The notes beneath the pieces are model-generated. The model saw only the letters and a program-made list of their open reading frames with translations. It was not told the origin of the DNA and did not search any database. Position numbers and translations under genes: made by a program. Below are positions 21,928 to 30,918 of a DNA stretch of 64,000 nucleotides, in pieces. This DNA comes from an uncultured Chloroflexia bacterium (GTDB lineage: Bacteria; Chloroflexota; Limnocylindria; Limnocylindrales; CSP1-4). The stretch covers positions 736,001 through 800,000 of the forward strand of contig CAVXPZ010000003.1 in NCBI GenBank assembly GCA_963763775.1, written 5' to 3'. How positions within the stretch are numbered: the stretch's first letter is position 1; every line of letters starts with the position of its first letter.

Positions 21928-22140
21928 GCTAATGCGGGCGCTGCGGGCGGCATGAGGGTGCTACCGAGACCGCGGCCGGCCTGCCGCCAGGCATGACTGA
22001 TGGCCACTGCCCCGGTCTAGCCGCGCGGCCGGCCCGCGCGCTGCCGGCAGCGTCGCGGCGCCACCTCTTGCATCGCGTCGGGCGGCACGACCAGCGCACG
22101 ACCGGTCCCGGCTCACATCGCCTTCGTCGTCGCGCCAGGC

Positions 22141-22557
22141 CTAGCGGAACCGGCGGAGGACCCGCTGTAGGACGACCCCGAGCAGGACGAGCGTTCCAAC
22201 GAACCAGATCATCCCGAGGACCGCTGCCGGGGTCCCTTGCGCATGAGTCACGTTCCCGATCACGCTGAACACCAGGAAGGTGCCGACGAATATCGGGATG
22301 GACACCAGTATCGCCATCAGCAAGAGGCCGATGCCCGCAAGCCCGACGGCGAGGTCGCCGATGTAGGACCCTGCGATCCCCCGAACAACCTTGCGCGCGT
22401 CCGGCGCTACCTCGGGCGGGGCCTCGCCGACAGGCGCGATAGTCGGGGCGACGGGGATCGTCCACGAAGGCGCCTGCCCTGATTCCGCCAACCTGGATGC
22501 GCGCAGGCGTCGCGACTCCTCCGCGATTGGATTTGGCTCAGCCTCATGGTCGTCCAC
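22141..22557 (-). CDS. hypothetical membrane protein (cargo between R3 and R4)
   Basis: 138-aa ORF with two C-terminal hydrophobic segments. Confidence 0.6.
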   Translation of the reverse strand: MDDHEAEPNPIAEESRRLRASRLAESGQAPSWTIPVAPTIAPVGEAPPEVAPDARKVVRGIAGSYIGDLAVGLAGIGLLLMAILVSIPIFVGTFLVFSVIGNVTHAQGTPAAVLGMIWFVGTLVLLGVVLQRVLRRFR

Positions 22558-22707
22558 AGCAATGTCTCATCGGCATCGTATGACATCGGCGTCTCGTCGC
22601 CCGTGCACGGATGGGTGGCGACCACGGTATAGATCTCGGGCCGGATCGCCTCGGCGCAGAGAACGACCCCAGGGGCACTCGACTTGGGTCGTGTCGTGCT
22701 CAGAAGC

Positions 22708-22768
22708 TGGTCCGCCCGGAGGGATCTGAGCCCGCGGTGCAATCCCTTCGTGTGGAAGGTGTCGCGGG
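22708..22768 (+). repeat. tRNA-Arg 3'-end att-like repeat R4
   Basis: TGGTCCGCCCGGAGGGATCTGAGCCCGCGGTGCAATCCCTTCGTGTGGAAGGTGTCGCGGG. Confidence 0.92.
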
Positions 22769-22794
22769 TCGCCGGCTCTCGGCGTCGGCGCACA

Positions 22795-23322
22795 ATGGCC
22801 ACGATGGACCATCAGCGTGAAGTGTCGGGTCAAACGTGGGATGTCACCGTCGAAGGGTCGCCTCTCCTTGTGGAGCTAGTGCCCTACGGAGGACGGCTGT
22901 GGGGCGCGCCGAGCAGCTTCCGAATGGGCATGGTCGAACAGACCCTGTCGTGGTCACCCGGGGTGTCCCGATGGCAGCGCACCAGGGCGCCGAAGGTCGG
23001 ATCGATCAATGCAGGCGATCACCGTCTCAGGATGACCTTGAACACGATCCAGCTCTCGCACCGGGCTGCGCTGGGTCGGAATGTGTCGGGTCTCAAACGG
23101 AGTGGACCTCTATCCTTCCTCGGCACCCTTGTCGGTGGCGCAGGGCTGGGAGCCGGCGCAGCAGGAGCGTCCCAGACGACCTTGACGTGGCTGATCTACG
23201 AGCTCGACATCGACGGTGTCCCCTACGGCTCGTGGGTCGCCAAAGCCGTCGACGGCCGCCCTGAGCGGTGGACCTTCGTGCTGCCGGGCGGCGTGCTCCC
23301 CGACGGTGAGTCGCGCGACTAG
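22795..23322 (+). CDS. hypothetical protein (cargo between R4 and tRNA; start 22795 or 22804)
   Basis: Open frame with protein-like composition and a Gly-rich hydrophobic stretch FLGTLVGGAGLGAGAAG. Confidence 0.55.
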   Translation: MATMDHQREVSGQTWDVTVEGSPLLVELVPYGGRLWGAPSSFRMGMVEQTLSWSPGVSRWQRTRAPKVGSINAGDHRLRMTLNTIQLSHRAALGRNVSGLKRSGPLSFLGTLVGGAGLGAGAAGASQTTLTWLIYELDIDGVPYGSWVAKAVDGRPERWTFVLPGGVLPDGESRD

Positions 23323-23443
23323 TAAGACCCGACAAGGACGTCGCGACGTCCAGTGCCGCAGTCGCAGCACGTAACGTGCCTTCTAGGACCGTGACCGGGG
23401 TCGGGGCCGACGACCCCAAGATTCGACCCACGTTTCAGAATCT

Positions 23444-23521
23444 TGGCCCGCCCGGAGGGAATTCGAACCCCCGACCTACTGATCCGAAGTCAGTCGCTCT
23501 GATCCACTGAGCTACGGGCGG
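23444..23521 (-). tRNA. tRNA-Arg (anticodon TCG)
   Basis: CCGCCCG/CGGGCGG acceptor stem, TAGCTCAGTGGA D arm, ACTGA-CTTCGGA-TCAGT anticodon arm, GGTTCGAAT T loop, encoded CCA; one extra base in the T arm. Confidence 0.95.
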
Positions 23522-23561
23522 ACGCCCGCGGATGATACCGCGTTACGCGCCGCTCGAGCCG

Positions 23562-24017
23562 TCAGGCGTAGAGGCGCGTGTCGACCGCGGCGATCTCGGC
23601 GTCGAGCAACGTCCGGCGCTGGAGCTGGCTCATCTCGTACCACGAGAGCGTGGCGCGGTTGATCTCGCTCGGGCTGACGTTGCACTGGCGGGCGATCAGG
23701 CTCGCCCGGACGGCGGCGCTGACCAGGACCGCGGCGACCCGGGCGGTGATCCCGAACGCATCGACACCATCCTGGCAGGCCGTCTTCTCGACGTCGCGCG
23801 CCCGGGCGAGGGTGTCGTCCATGAACTCGGCGCCATGATCGGACGGCAGCAGCGCGACACCCGATGCGAGCAGCTGGCGTGCGGCCTGGACGGGTGCGAT
23901 GGGGGCGCCGGACGCGTCCCGGAGCGGGATCTCACGGCCGTCGAAGCCGCGCATCGGGACACCGAGGCGCAGTCGGTCGGCGAGGAGGTGGAGATCGTCG
24001 TGGGCGTCGTGGGGCAC
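23562..24017 (-). CDS. hypothetical protein
   Basis: AAGGA RBS before GTG 24017; GC3-rich frame PHDAHDDLHLLADRLRLG... Confidence 0.65.
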   Translation of the reverse strand: MPHDAHDDLHLLADRLRLGVPMRGFDGREIPLRDASGAPIAPVQAARQLLASGVALLPSDHGAEFMDDTLARARDVEKTACQDGVDAFGITARVAAVLVSAAVRASLIARQCNVSPSEINRATLSWYEMSQLQRRTLLDAEIAAVDTRLYA

Positions 24018-24296
24018 GGGGCGGCGTTCCTTCGGGTGGTTCGGCACCCGCGACGGGCCCGATCTCCTGACAGTAGCGACCGTCGGTAGCGGCGCCGCAT
24101 CCGGAACGATGAAGAGTTCGCTACCGTCCGCCGCGACCCAACCGAAACCTTGTCCGACCACGACCCCGTCTGGCAGACTGCCTCGGTGATCGCCCATCGG
24201 TGCGCCAGGGACATGTGTACGAGCACGCCGCCTCGTCTCGTTCCTCGCTGAGCGCCTGATGCTGGGCCGAGCCCCAGCCCCACGAAGGGATCACCC

Positions 24297-25655
24297 ATGA
24301 CCACGACCAACGATCCGTCGAGTCCATCGCCGGAGACGATCTCCGCGTCGGACCTCCATGCCCGCCTCGCGGACTCGAACCTCACGATCATCGACGCCCG
24401 CACGAGTGCGGCGTACAACGGCTGGCGCCTCCAGGGCGAGACGCGTGGCGGCCACCTCCCGGGCGCGGTCTCGTTCCCGGTGGCCTGGCTCCAGAGCGTC
24501 GACGCGCCCGAAGTGGCGCGGCAGTTCGCCGACAAGGGCGTGACCACCGACCGCGAGATCGTCGTGTATGGCGACGGACTCGCCGACGCCGACGCGGTCC
24601 GCGTCCGGCTGACCGAGCTCGGCCATCGTGGCGTGCTGGTCCTCGAGCCGGGGTTCTCGGCCTGGGCCGCCGACCCGGCCCTGCCGCTCGACCGGCTTCC
24701 GCGCTACGAGCGGCTCGTCCACATCGACTGGCTGCGGGACCTGCTCGACGGCGGGAGCCCCGAGGCATTCGACGGCGGCGAGTTCCGGCTGCTCCACGTG
24801 AACTTCGGGGTCCCGGAGGAGTACGCAGACGGGCACCTGCCGGGCGCCCTGTACCTCGACACCAATCGACTGGAAGACCCGCTCGACTGGAACCGCCGCT
24901 CGCCCGAGGAGATCGGCGCGACCCTGCGCTCGCTCGGCATCGCGCACGACACGACGGTGATCGTGTACGGCCGCGACACGGTCGGCGAGGCCAACGAGAA
25001 GTGGCCGGGCCGCCGGGCCGGGCAGATCGCCGCGACCCGCGCCGCCCTGATCCTCCGCTACGCCGGCGTCAAGGACGTCCGGCTCCTCGACGGCGGCTAC
25101 GACTGGTGGGTGACCGCCGGGCTCCCGCTCGAGACGGTCGCCCGCGAGCCATCGCCGATCGCCGACTTCGGCGTCTCGATCCCGCAGCGCCCGGACTTCC
25201 TGGTGGACCTGCCCGAGGCCAAGGCGATCATCGCCGACCCCGATGGCGCGGCCCTGGTCAGCGTCCGGACCTGGCGCGAGCACATCGGCGCGGTCAGCGG
25301 CTACAACTACATCGGCCCGGCCGGCCGGATCAAGGGCGACGTCTGGGGCAACTGCGGCTCCGACGCGTACCACATGCAGCACTACCGCAACGTGGACAAC
25401 ACGATGCGCGCGTACCCGGAGATCGTCGCGAACTGGGCCGAGGCCGGCATCACCGCCGACAAATGGGTCGCGTTCTACTGCGGCACCGGTTGGCGCGCGG
25501 CCGAGACCTGGTTCTACGCGGACCTCCTCGACTGGACTCGGATCGCCGTGTACGACGGCGGCTGGTTCGAGTGGAGCGCCGACCCGGTCAACAACCCGAT
25601 CGAGATCGGGGAGCCGACCGACACGGCGATCCAGCCCAAGGAGTACGCCGCCTAG
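24297..25655 (+). CDS. three-domain rhodanese sulfurtransferase (YnjE-like)
   Basis: GHLPGA motifs, LLDGG, catalytic loop FYCGTGWRA, and YDGGWFEWS. Confidence 0.9.
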   Translation: MTTTNDPSSPSPETISASDLHARLADSNLTIIDARTSAAYNGWRLQGETRGGHLPGAVSFPVAWLQSVDAPEVARQFADKGVTTDREIVVYGDGLADADAVRVRLTELGHRGVLVLEPGFSAWAADPALPLDRLPRYERLVHIDWLRDLLDGGSPEAFDGGEFRLLHVNFGVPEEYADGHLPGALYLDTNRLEDPLDWNRRSPEEIGATLRSLGIAHDTTVIVYGRDTVGEANEKWPGRRAGQIAATRAALILRYAGVKDVRLLDGGYDWWVTAGLPLETVAREPSPIADFGVSIPQRPDFLVDLPEAKAIIADPDGAALVSVRTWREHIGAVSGYNYIGPAGRIKGDVWGNCGSDAYHMQHYRNVDNTMRAYPEIVANWAEAGITADKWVAFYCGTGWRAAETWFYADLLDWTRIAVYDGGWFEWSADPVNNPIEIGEPTDTAIQPKEYAA

Positions 25656-25658
25656 GGT

Positions 25659-27008
25659 TCAGCGCGTGAACTCCGGGAGCCGCTGGCGGTCCAGCCACTC
25701 CCCGGGCTCCTGCCGCGGGCGGATGAGCGCCGCCTCGCCGCCCCGCACGGCTACCTCGGCCGGGATGGGGTGCGACAGGAACAGCGGCATCGACTCGGTG
25801 AAGCCGTAGGCGCCGACATCGAGGACCGCCACGAGGTCGCCCACGTCCGGTGCGGCCATCACGGCGCCCTGGGCGAACACGTCCAGCCCCGAGCACAGCG
25901 GTCCCGCGACCGTGATCGGTACGAGCCGGCTGCCGGTCGCCGTGCCACGTCCCGACACGGCGCGCACCCGATGCTCCTGCCCGACCAGCGCCGGACGGAG
26001 CAGGTGATGGACGCCACCGTCGAGGATGACCGACGGTCGAGCCGTCGACCGACTTGCGGTCGACCACGCGGGCCAGGTAGGCGCCGGCCGGCCCGACGAG
26101 GAAGCGCCCCGGCTCGAGGAGGAGCCGCGCGCCGTCCAGCAGCGGGTCGCCGGGCCACGCGGCGGCGATCTCGGCGATGCCCCGGCCGAGGCGGGCGAGG
26201 TCGAGCGAGTCCTCGTGCGGTTCGTAGGGGATCCCGAGCCCGCCACCCGCATCGATGAGCCGGACCGTCGTACCGGACCGCCGCGCGAGCTCGCGAGCCG
26301 CCCGGACGGTCGAGGCGACGTGCGCCACCAGGGACGCGGCGTCGAGCACGTTCGAGGCGCCGAACGCGTGCAGACCGAGCAGCTCGAGATGCGGTGACGC
26401 GGCGGCGCATCGGGCGCTCGCCACGAGATCCGCCGCGTCCATCCCGAACTTGCCCGCGCCATCGTCACCGACGAGTCGGACCCGTTCCAGGCGGGCGTCC
26501 TCCGAGACCGCGGCGCGGAGCATGACGGGCACAGGGCCACGGTCCGCGTGCGCGGCGATCGCCTCGAGCCGCGCGAGCTCGCCAGGCGATTCCACCGTGA
26601 TGGCGCGGATCCCAGTGACCACCGCGGCCTCGAGTTCGTCGTCTCGCTTGCCCGGGCCGGTCATGACGATGCGCGAGGGCTCGATGCCCGCGCGGAGGGC
26701 CGTGGCGAGCTCGCCGCCCGAGGCGACATCGGCACCGAGCCCGAGACGCCGCCGAGATGCGCGACGACCGCGAGCGCCGGGTTCGCCTTGACGGCGTAGG
26801 CGATGTCGACGACCGGAGGCAGTGCCGCACGGAGCGCCGCCACCTGTCGCTCGATCACGTCGAGGTCGTAGACGTAGCAGGGCGTGCCGAACCGCTCGGC
26901 GATGGCCTCGGCCTCGAGACCGCCGAGCCGGCCCGCCCGGAGGATCTCGTTGCGGGCGGGCGGCCGGCCGCGGCGGGGTGCCTCGGCACGCTCGATCGTG
27001 AGGCTCAT
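25659..27008 (-). CDS. lysA: diaminopimelate decarboxylase (two apparent frameshifts)
   Basis: FGTPCYVYD, YAVKAN (PLP lysine), TGPGK, KFG, DAGGG, EPGRFLVG, GPLCSGLD and GAYG; ATGA overlap with dapD. Confidence 0.85.
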
Positions 27009-27817
27009 CGGAGTGCGCCCTCCAGGGCCACCCGCGCGGACGTGCCGGCGTCGCGGTCCTTGACGAGCAGCGCGGTCGCGATCGACAACCCGTGGCTCGC
27101 GGCGAACGACCCCGGCACGGAACGAGCGCCCGGCACGATCACCGCGCCGGCCGGGATCACCAGCGGGCGCTCGGTCGAGCCCTCGAGCACGCGCTCGCGG
27201 ACGAGGTCGTACACGCGGCTTGCGCCCGTCAGGGTCACGCCCGCCCCGATGACCGCGCCGCGGCCCACGAGCACGCCCTCGAGCAGCGCACTGCCCGCGC
27301 CGACGAACGCATCGTCCTCGACGATCACCGGCCGGGCGCCCGGCGGCTCGAGCACGCCGCCGATCGTGACGCCCGCGGCGAGATGGACGCGCGCCCCGAT
27401 CTGCGCGCAGGAGCCGACCAGCACGTGCGAGTCGACCATCGTCTCGGCGCCGACGAACGCGCCGATGTTCAGGTAGGACGGCGGCATGACGACGACGCCG
27501 TCGCCGAGGTGGGCGCCGCGGCGGACGGCGGTACCGCCCGGTACGATCCGCCACGGACCGTCCTCGAGATCGGCGCGCGGCGGGACGCCCGCCCGGTCGC
27601 GAAATGTCAGCGGCCCCGCGACCCACGAGCGCGTGGTCCGGTCCGCGAAGCACGCGAGGATCGCCGTCTTCACGTCGGGCCGAACGCGCCAGCCGTCGGG
27701 TGCGTCGTCATCGGGCTCGGCCGCGCGGACCCGGCCCGCCTCGAGGTCGTCGAGGATCGTGGCCGGGTCGATGGCGATCGCTGGGGGTCGCGTCGCGAGG
27801 CTCGTCTCGCCGGTCAT
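27005..27817 (-). CDS. dapD: tetrahydrodipicolinate N-succinyltransferase
   Basis: RIVPGGTAVRRGA, MPPSYLNIGAFVG, VGSCAQIG and GGVLEP. Confidence 0.92.
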   Translation of the reverse strand: MTGETSLATRPPAIAIDPATILDDLEAGRVRAAEPDDDAPDGWRVRPDVKTAILACFADRTTRSWVAGPLTFRDRAGVPPRADLEDGPWRIVPGGTAVRRGAHLGDGVVVMPPSYLNIGAFVGAETMVDSHVLVGSCAQIGARVHLAAGVTIGGVLEPPGARPVIVEDDAFVGAGSALLEGVLVGRGAVIGAGVTLTGASRVYDLVRERVLEGSTERPLVIPAGAVIVPGARSVPGSFAASHGLSIATALLVKDRDAGTSARVALEGALR

Positions 27818-28816
27818 GCCACGGCCTCGCGGGTCACGGTCGGGGCGGCCATCCGCCCGCCGCCCGCTTCGATGAGCCCGAGCGACCGGAGCGTGGTCGC
27901 CATCGCGGCGCGAGCATCCGGGTCGAGCGGCAGGAGCGGCGCCCGGACGGCATCGCCGTCGAGGAGGCCCATCAGCGCCAGCGCGGCCTTCGCCGGGACC
28001 GGGTTCGGGCCGCCGCGGAAGTTGCCCTGGAACAAGGGCAGCCATCGCTCGTGGATCCGGCGGGCGCCGTCCCAGTCGCCGGCCCGGGCCGCCGCGCAGA
28101 GCGCCACGAGCTCGCCCGGGACCTGGTTCGAGGCCACCGAGACCACGCCGTCGCCGCCCATCGCGAGGATCGGCAGGGTCCAGGCATCGTCCCCGGCGAG
28201 GACGGCTACGTCTCGCGGCCGGTCGCGACAGATGCGGGCGATCTGGTCGAGGTTCCCGCTGGCCTCCTTCACCGCGACGACGCGCGGGTGCTCGGCGAGC
28301 CGAAGGAACGTGTCGGTGTCGACGTTCGTCCCGGTCCGGCTCGGCACGTTGTAGACGACGATCGGCAGGTCGCCGTCATCGGCGACGGCACGGTAGTGGG
28401 CCTTCGAGCATCCGGCCGTCCGGCCGGTTGTAGTACGGGGCGACGACGAGCGCGGCATCGGCCCCGAGCTCCGCGGCCCGCCGGGTGGCCCGGATCGTGG
28501 CGGCCGTGTCGTTGGTGCCGGTCCCGGCGATGACGCGGACGCGAGCGCGGGACGCCCGCTCCGCGGCGACCTCCACGGTCGCGGCGATGAGGCGCTCGCG
28601 CTCGGCCTCGGTCAGGGTGGGGGACTCGCCGGTCGTCCCGCATGGGACGAGGCCGTCGATCCCGGCCAGGATCTGCCAGCGGACGAGCCGGCGGAAGGCG
28701 GTCTCGTCGAGGGTGCCGTCGGCGGTGAACGGCGTGACGAGCGCGGTGAACGCGCCGCGCAGACGCATGGTCGCGGGTCGGGTGGTGGAGCGGGGCTGTC
28801 GGTCGGGGCGAGGCAT
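27814..28816 (-). CDS. dapA: 4-hydroxy-tetrahydrodipicolinate synthase (frameshift near 28400)
   Basis: TALVTPF, CGTTGESPTL, APYYNRP, YNVPSRTG, AVKEASG and NPVPAK. Confidence 0.93.
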
Positions 28817-28828
28817 CGGGGTCTCCTT

Positions 28829-29566
28829 TCAGGCCGCGTCGGCGGCCACGGTGTCGCGAGCGAGGAGCTCGTCGACGATGGGATCGAACGGGTGGAGGCC
28901 GGCCGGCCGCTCCGTCCGGGACAGCCAGTCGGCGGCGGCCAGCACGCCGGTGGCGTACGCCGAGCGGTCGCGGGCGGTCAGTCGGAGCTCGAGGGTCTCG
29001 CCGGGCGCATCGAACCCGAGCAGGTGCATGCCGGGCGAGGAGCCCGCCCGGATCGCGACGACCTCCAGGTCGTCCGCGCGACCGAGGCGCGGATGGCCGG
29101 CGACGATCCTGCTCGTCAGATCGCGGGCCGTGCCCGACGGCCGGTCGAGCTTCGATCGTCGATGCCACTCGACGAGGTACGGCTCGAAGCCTTCGACCCG
29201 GCCGTACAGCTCGACGGCCCGGTCGACGAGCCGCCCGAAGAGCGCGACGCCGAGGCTGAAGTTGGACGCGGCGACGGCGGCGGCATGCCCGCCCGTCAGG
29301 AGTCCGCTGACGAGGTCGCGATCGGCCGTCCAGCCGGTCGTCGCGATGACGAGCCGGTGGCAACCCGCCTCGACCGCCGCCGCGACGTTCGTCGCGACGG
29401 CGTCGGGCCGCGAGGCCTCGACCGTGACATCGGCACCGGCAAGGTCGGCGGGATCGTGTCGTCCGCCGGTCGGCCGGCCGAAGACTCGGACGTCGTCACC
29501 GCGGGCGGTCGCGGTGTCGGCCACGGCGCGACCGAGCGCCCCGTCGCCAAGGATGGTGATCTGCAT
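28829..29566 (-). CDS. dapB: 4-hydroxy-tetrahydrodipicolinate reductase
   Basis: ILGDGALG, IATTGW, SNFSLG and EWHRRSKLDRPSGTA. Confidence 0.9.
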   Translation of the reverse strand: MQITILGDGALGRAVADTATARGDDVRVFGRPTGGRHDPADLAGADVTVEASRPDAVATNVAAAVEAGCHRLVIATTGWTADRDLVSGLLTGGHAAAVAASNFSLGVALFGRLVDRAVELYGRVEGFEPYLVEWHRRSKLDRPSGTARDLTSRIVAGHPRLGRADDLEVVAIRAGSSPGMHLLGFDAPGETLELRLTARDRSAYATGVLAAADWLSRTERPAGLHPFDPIVDELLARDTVAADAA

Positions 29567-29626
29567 CGTCGTGGACCCTCACTTCGTCGTTTGCTGGTGA
29601 GGGGCCGCCGGGATGGAGGGGCCAGG

Positions 29627-29663
29627 AATCACGAAGCCGCGGTCACCGTCGTGGTGCCGCGGC
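29627..29663 (-). terminator. attenuator terminator hairpin upstream of dapB
   Basis: Minus strand GCCGCGG-CACC-ACGAC-GGTG-A-CCGCGGC followed by TTCGTGATT. Confidence 0.65.
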
Positions 29664-29712
29664 CCCTGGAGCCTCCGTTCCCTGGAGGCCCCGGTTCGTC
29701 GTTGACGCGCCG

Positions 29713-29793
29713 TTAGAGCCCCAGGGCCCGTGCCTCCCGGCAGGGCCGCCAGAGCTTCTTCTTCGAGTCACTCGAGAAGGTTCGGCGGTTCAT
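29713..29793 (-). CDS. lysine leader peptide MNRRTFSSDSKKKLWRPCREARALGL
   Basis: ATG 7 nt after TATAGT (29801-29806); AAG AAG AAG run; TAA stop; upstream of dapBAD-lysA. Confidence 0.8.
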   Translation of the reverse strand: MNRRTFSSDSKKKLWRPCREARALGL

Positions 29794-29912
29794 CTGCGGA
29801 ACTATACGCATAGAACGACTCTCATGCAACCATTTCCAGGGCCCGGGCTCGTCGGTCCCCGGTCAAGGCCTCACGCTTGCGAGGAACGGCCCGGGGGTGG
29901 TACACATCGCCG

Positions 29913-30908
29913 GTGCCCCTGAACCGTCGCTCACGCGGTCCCGGCCCCCTCGATTCGCTCCCGCGACCCCTGTCGGACCGACACCGCCGAGGGCGCGGTC
30001 GGGGTCGTCTGCTCGCCCTTGCCACGATCGTCCTGATCGTCGGCGCCCTGATGATCGGGGCGAACCCGCTTGCCGGCCGGTCCGCCCCCGCGGTCGGCGA
30101 GGTCGCGGGGATCACCGCGACACCCGAGCCGACGATGATCGCCTTCGGGGTCGATCCGGAGTTTCCCGTGGCGGCCGCCCTCGCGACGCCAACGCCGGTC
30201 CCGGCGGCTCCCGTGGTCGAGCCGGCCGCGATCCCGACACCAGCCGTACGCGCCACGCCGACGCCCTCGGCCGCGCCGACACCGGATGCCAGCGCCCTCG
30301 CGGCCCAGGACATCCCGCACGGGCCTGATCCGGCGGACCTCACCGGCTATCACTGGCCGCTCGCGCATGCCCGGCTGACCTTGCCATTCGGCCCGACGCC
30401 GTGGGGCGGCTGGGTGGCGGGCGGCAAGCTGATGCATGACGGCATCGACCTGGCGACCTTCTGCAACGACCGGATCATCGCGGCCCATGACGGGGTCGTC
30501 CTCGCGGCAGGCCGGCATTTCGACGACCAGATCGGCTGGGTCGGCAGTCTCAACGCGTACTACTCCCGCCTCGACAAGAAGCACCTGTGGAACACCCTGC
30601 CGATCGTGATCATCACGGACGATGGCAACGGCTACCGGAGCATCTACGCCCACATGTGGAAGATCGACGTCAAGAAGGGCGACATGGTCAAGGCCGGCCA
30701 GCTGCTCGGCTACGAGGGGATGACCGGCCGCGCGTCCGGCTGCCACCTGCATTACGGACTCTTCAGCCCCGTCGAGACCACGACGTTCCTGACCGAGAAG
30801 GGCGTGGCCAAGCGGATGAAGCTGCCGAAGGCGGAGATCGCGCGGATCGATCCCCTGCTCGTGCTGCCGCCGCGTGCGAAGGACCCGAAGCCGGTCACGA
30901 CGCCCTGA
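29913..30908 (+). CDS. M23 family metallopeptidase, membrane-anchored
   Basis: TM segment, Pro/Thr linker, HDGID, YAHM and SGCHLHY; start approximate. Confidence 0.88.
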   Translation: MPLNRRSRGPGPLDSLPRPLSDRHRRGRGRGRLLALATIVLIVGALMIGANPLAGRSAPAVGEVAGITATPEPTMIAFGVDPEFPVAAALATPTPVPAAPVVEPAAIPTPAVRATPTPSAAPTPDASALAAQDIPHGPDPADLTGYHWPLAHARLTLPFGPTPWGGWVAGGKLMHDGIDLATFCNDRIIAAHDGVVLAAGRHFDDQIGWVGSLNAYYSRLDKKHLWNTLPIVIITDDGNGYRSIYAHMWKIDVKKGDMVKAGQLLGYEGMTGRASGCHLHYGLFSPVETTTFLTEKGVAKRMKLPKAEIARIDPLLVLPPRAKDPKPVTTP

Positions 30909-30918
30909 GGCGTCCGGG

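Larger units (their letters stand above)
17685..23460. mobile_element. tandem array of integrase-less mini-islands at tRNA-Arg 3' end
   Basis: Four att-like repeats plus the tRNA delimit segments of about 3144, 1038, 841 and 736 bp; no recombinase gene visible. Confidence 0.75.

Noticed and set aside
17685-22768. Repeats R1-R4 as a CRISPR array or as extra tRNA genes
   Set aside because: Spacing is 0.7-3.1 kb with genes between, no cas genes are present, and the repeats lack D and anticodon arms.
23444-23521. Extra base in the tRNA-Arg T arm as a real feature
   Set aside because: The att-like copies read GGAGGGAT without the extra A, and the window has many indel errors.
29570-29810. Lysine riboswitch or T-box upstream of dapB
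   Set aside because: No recognisable riboswitch or T-box consensus; the leader peptide model explains the region.
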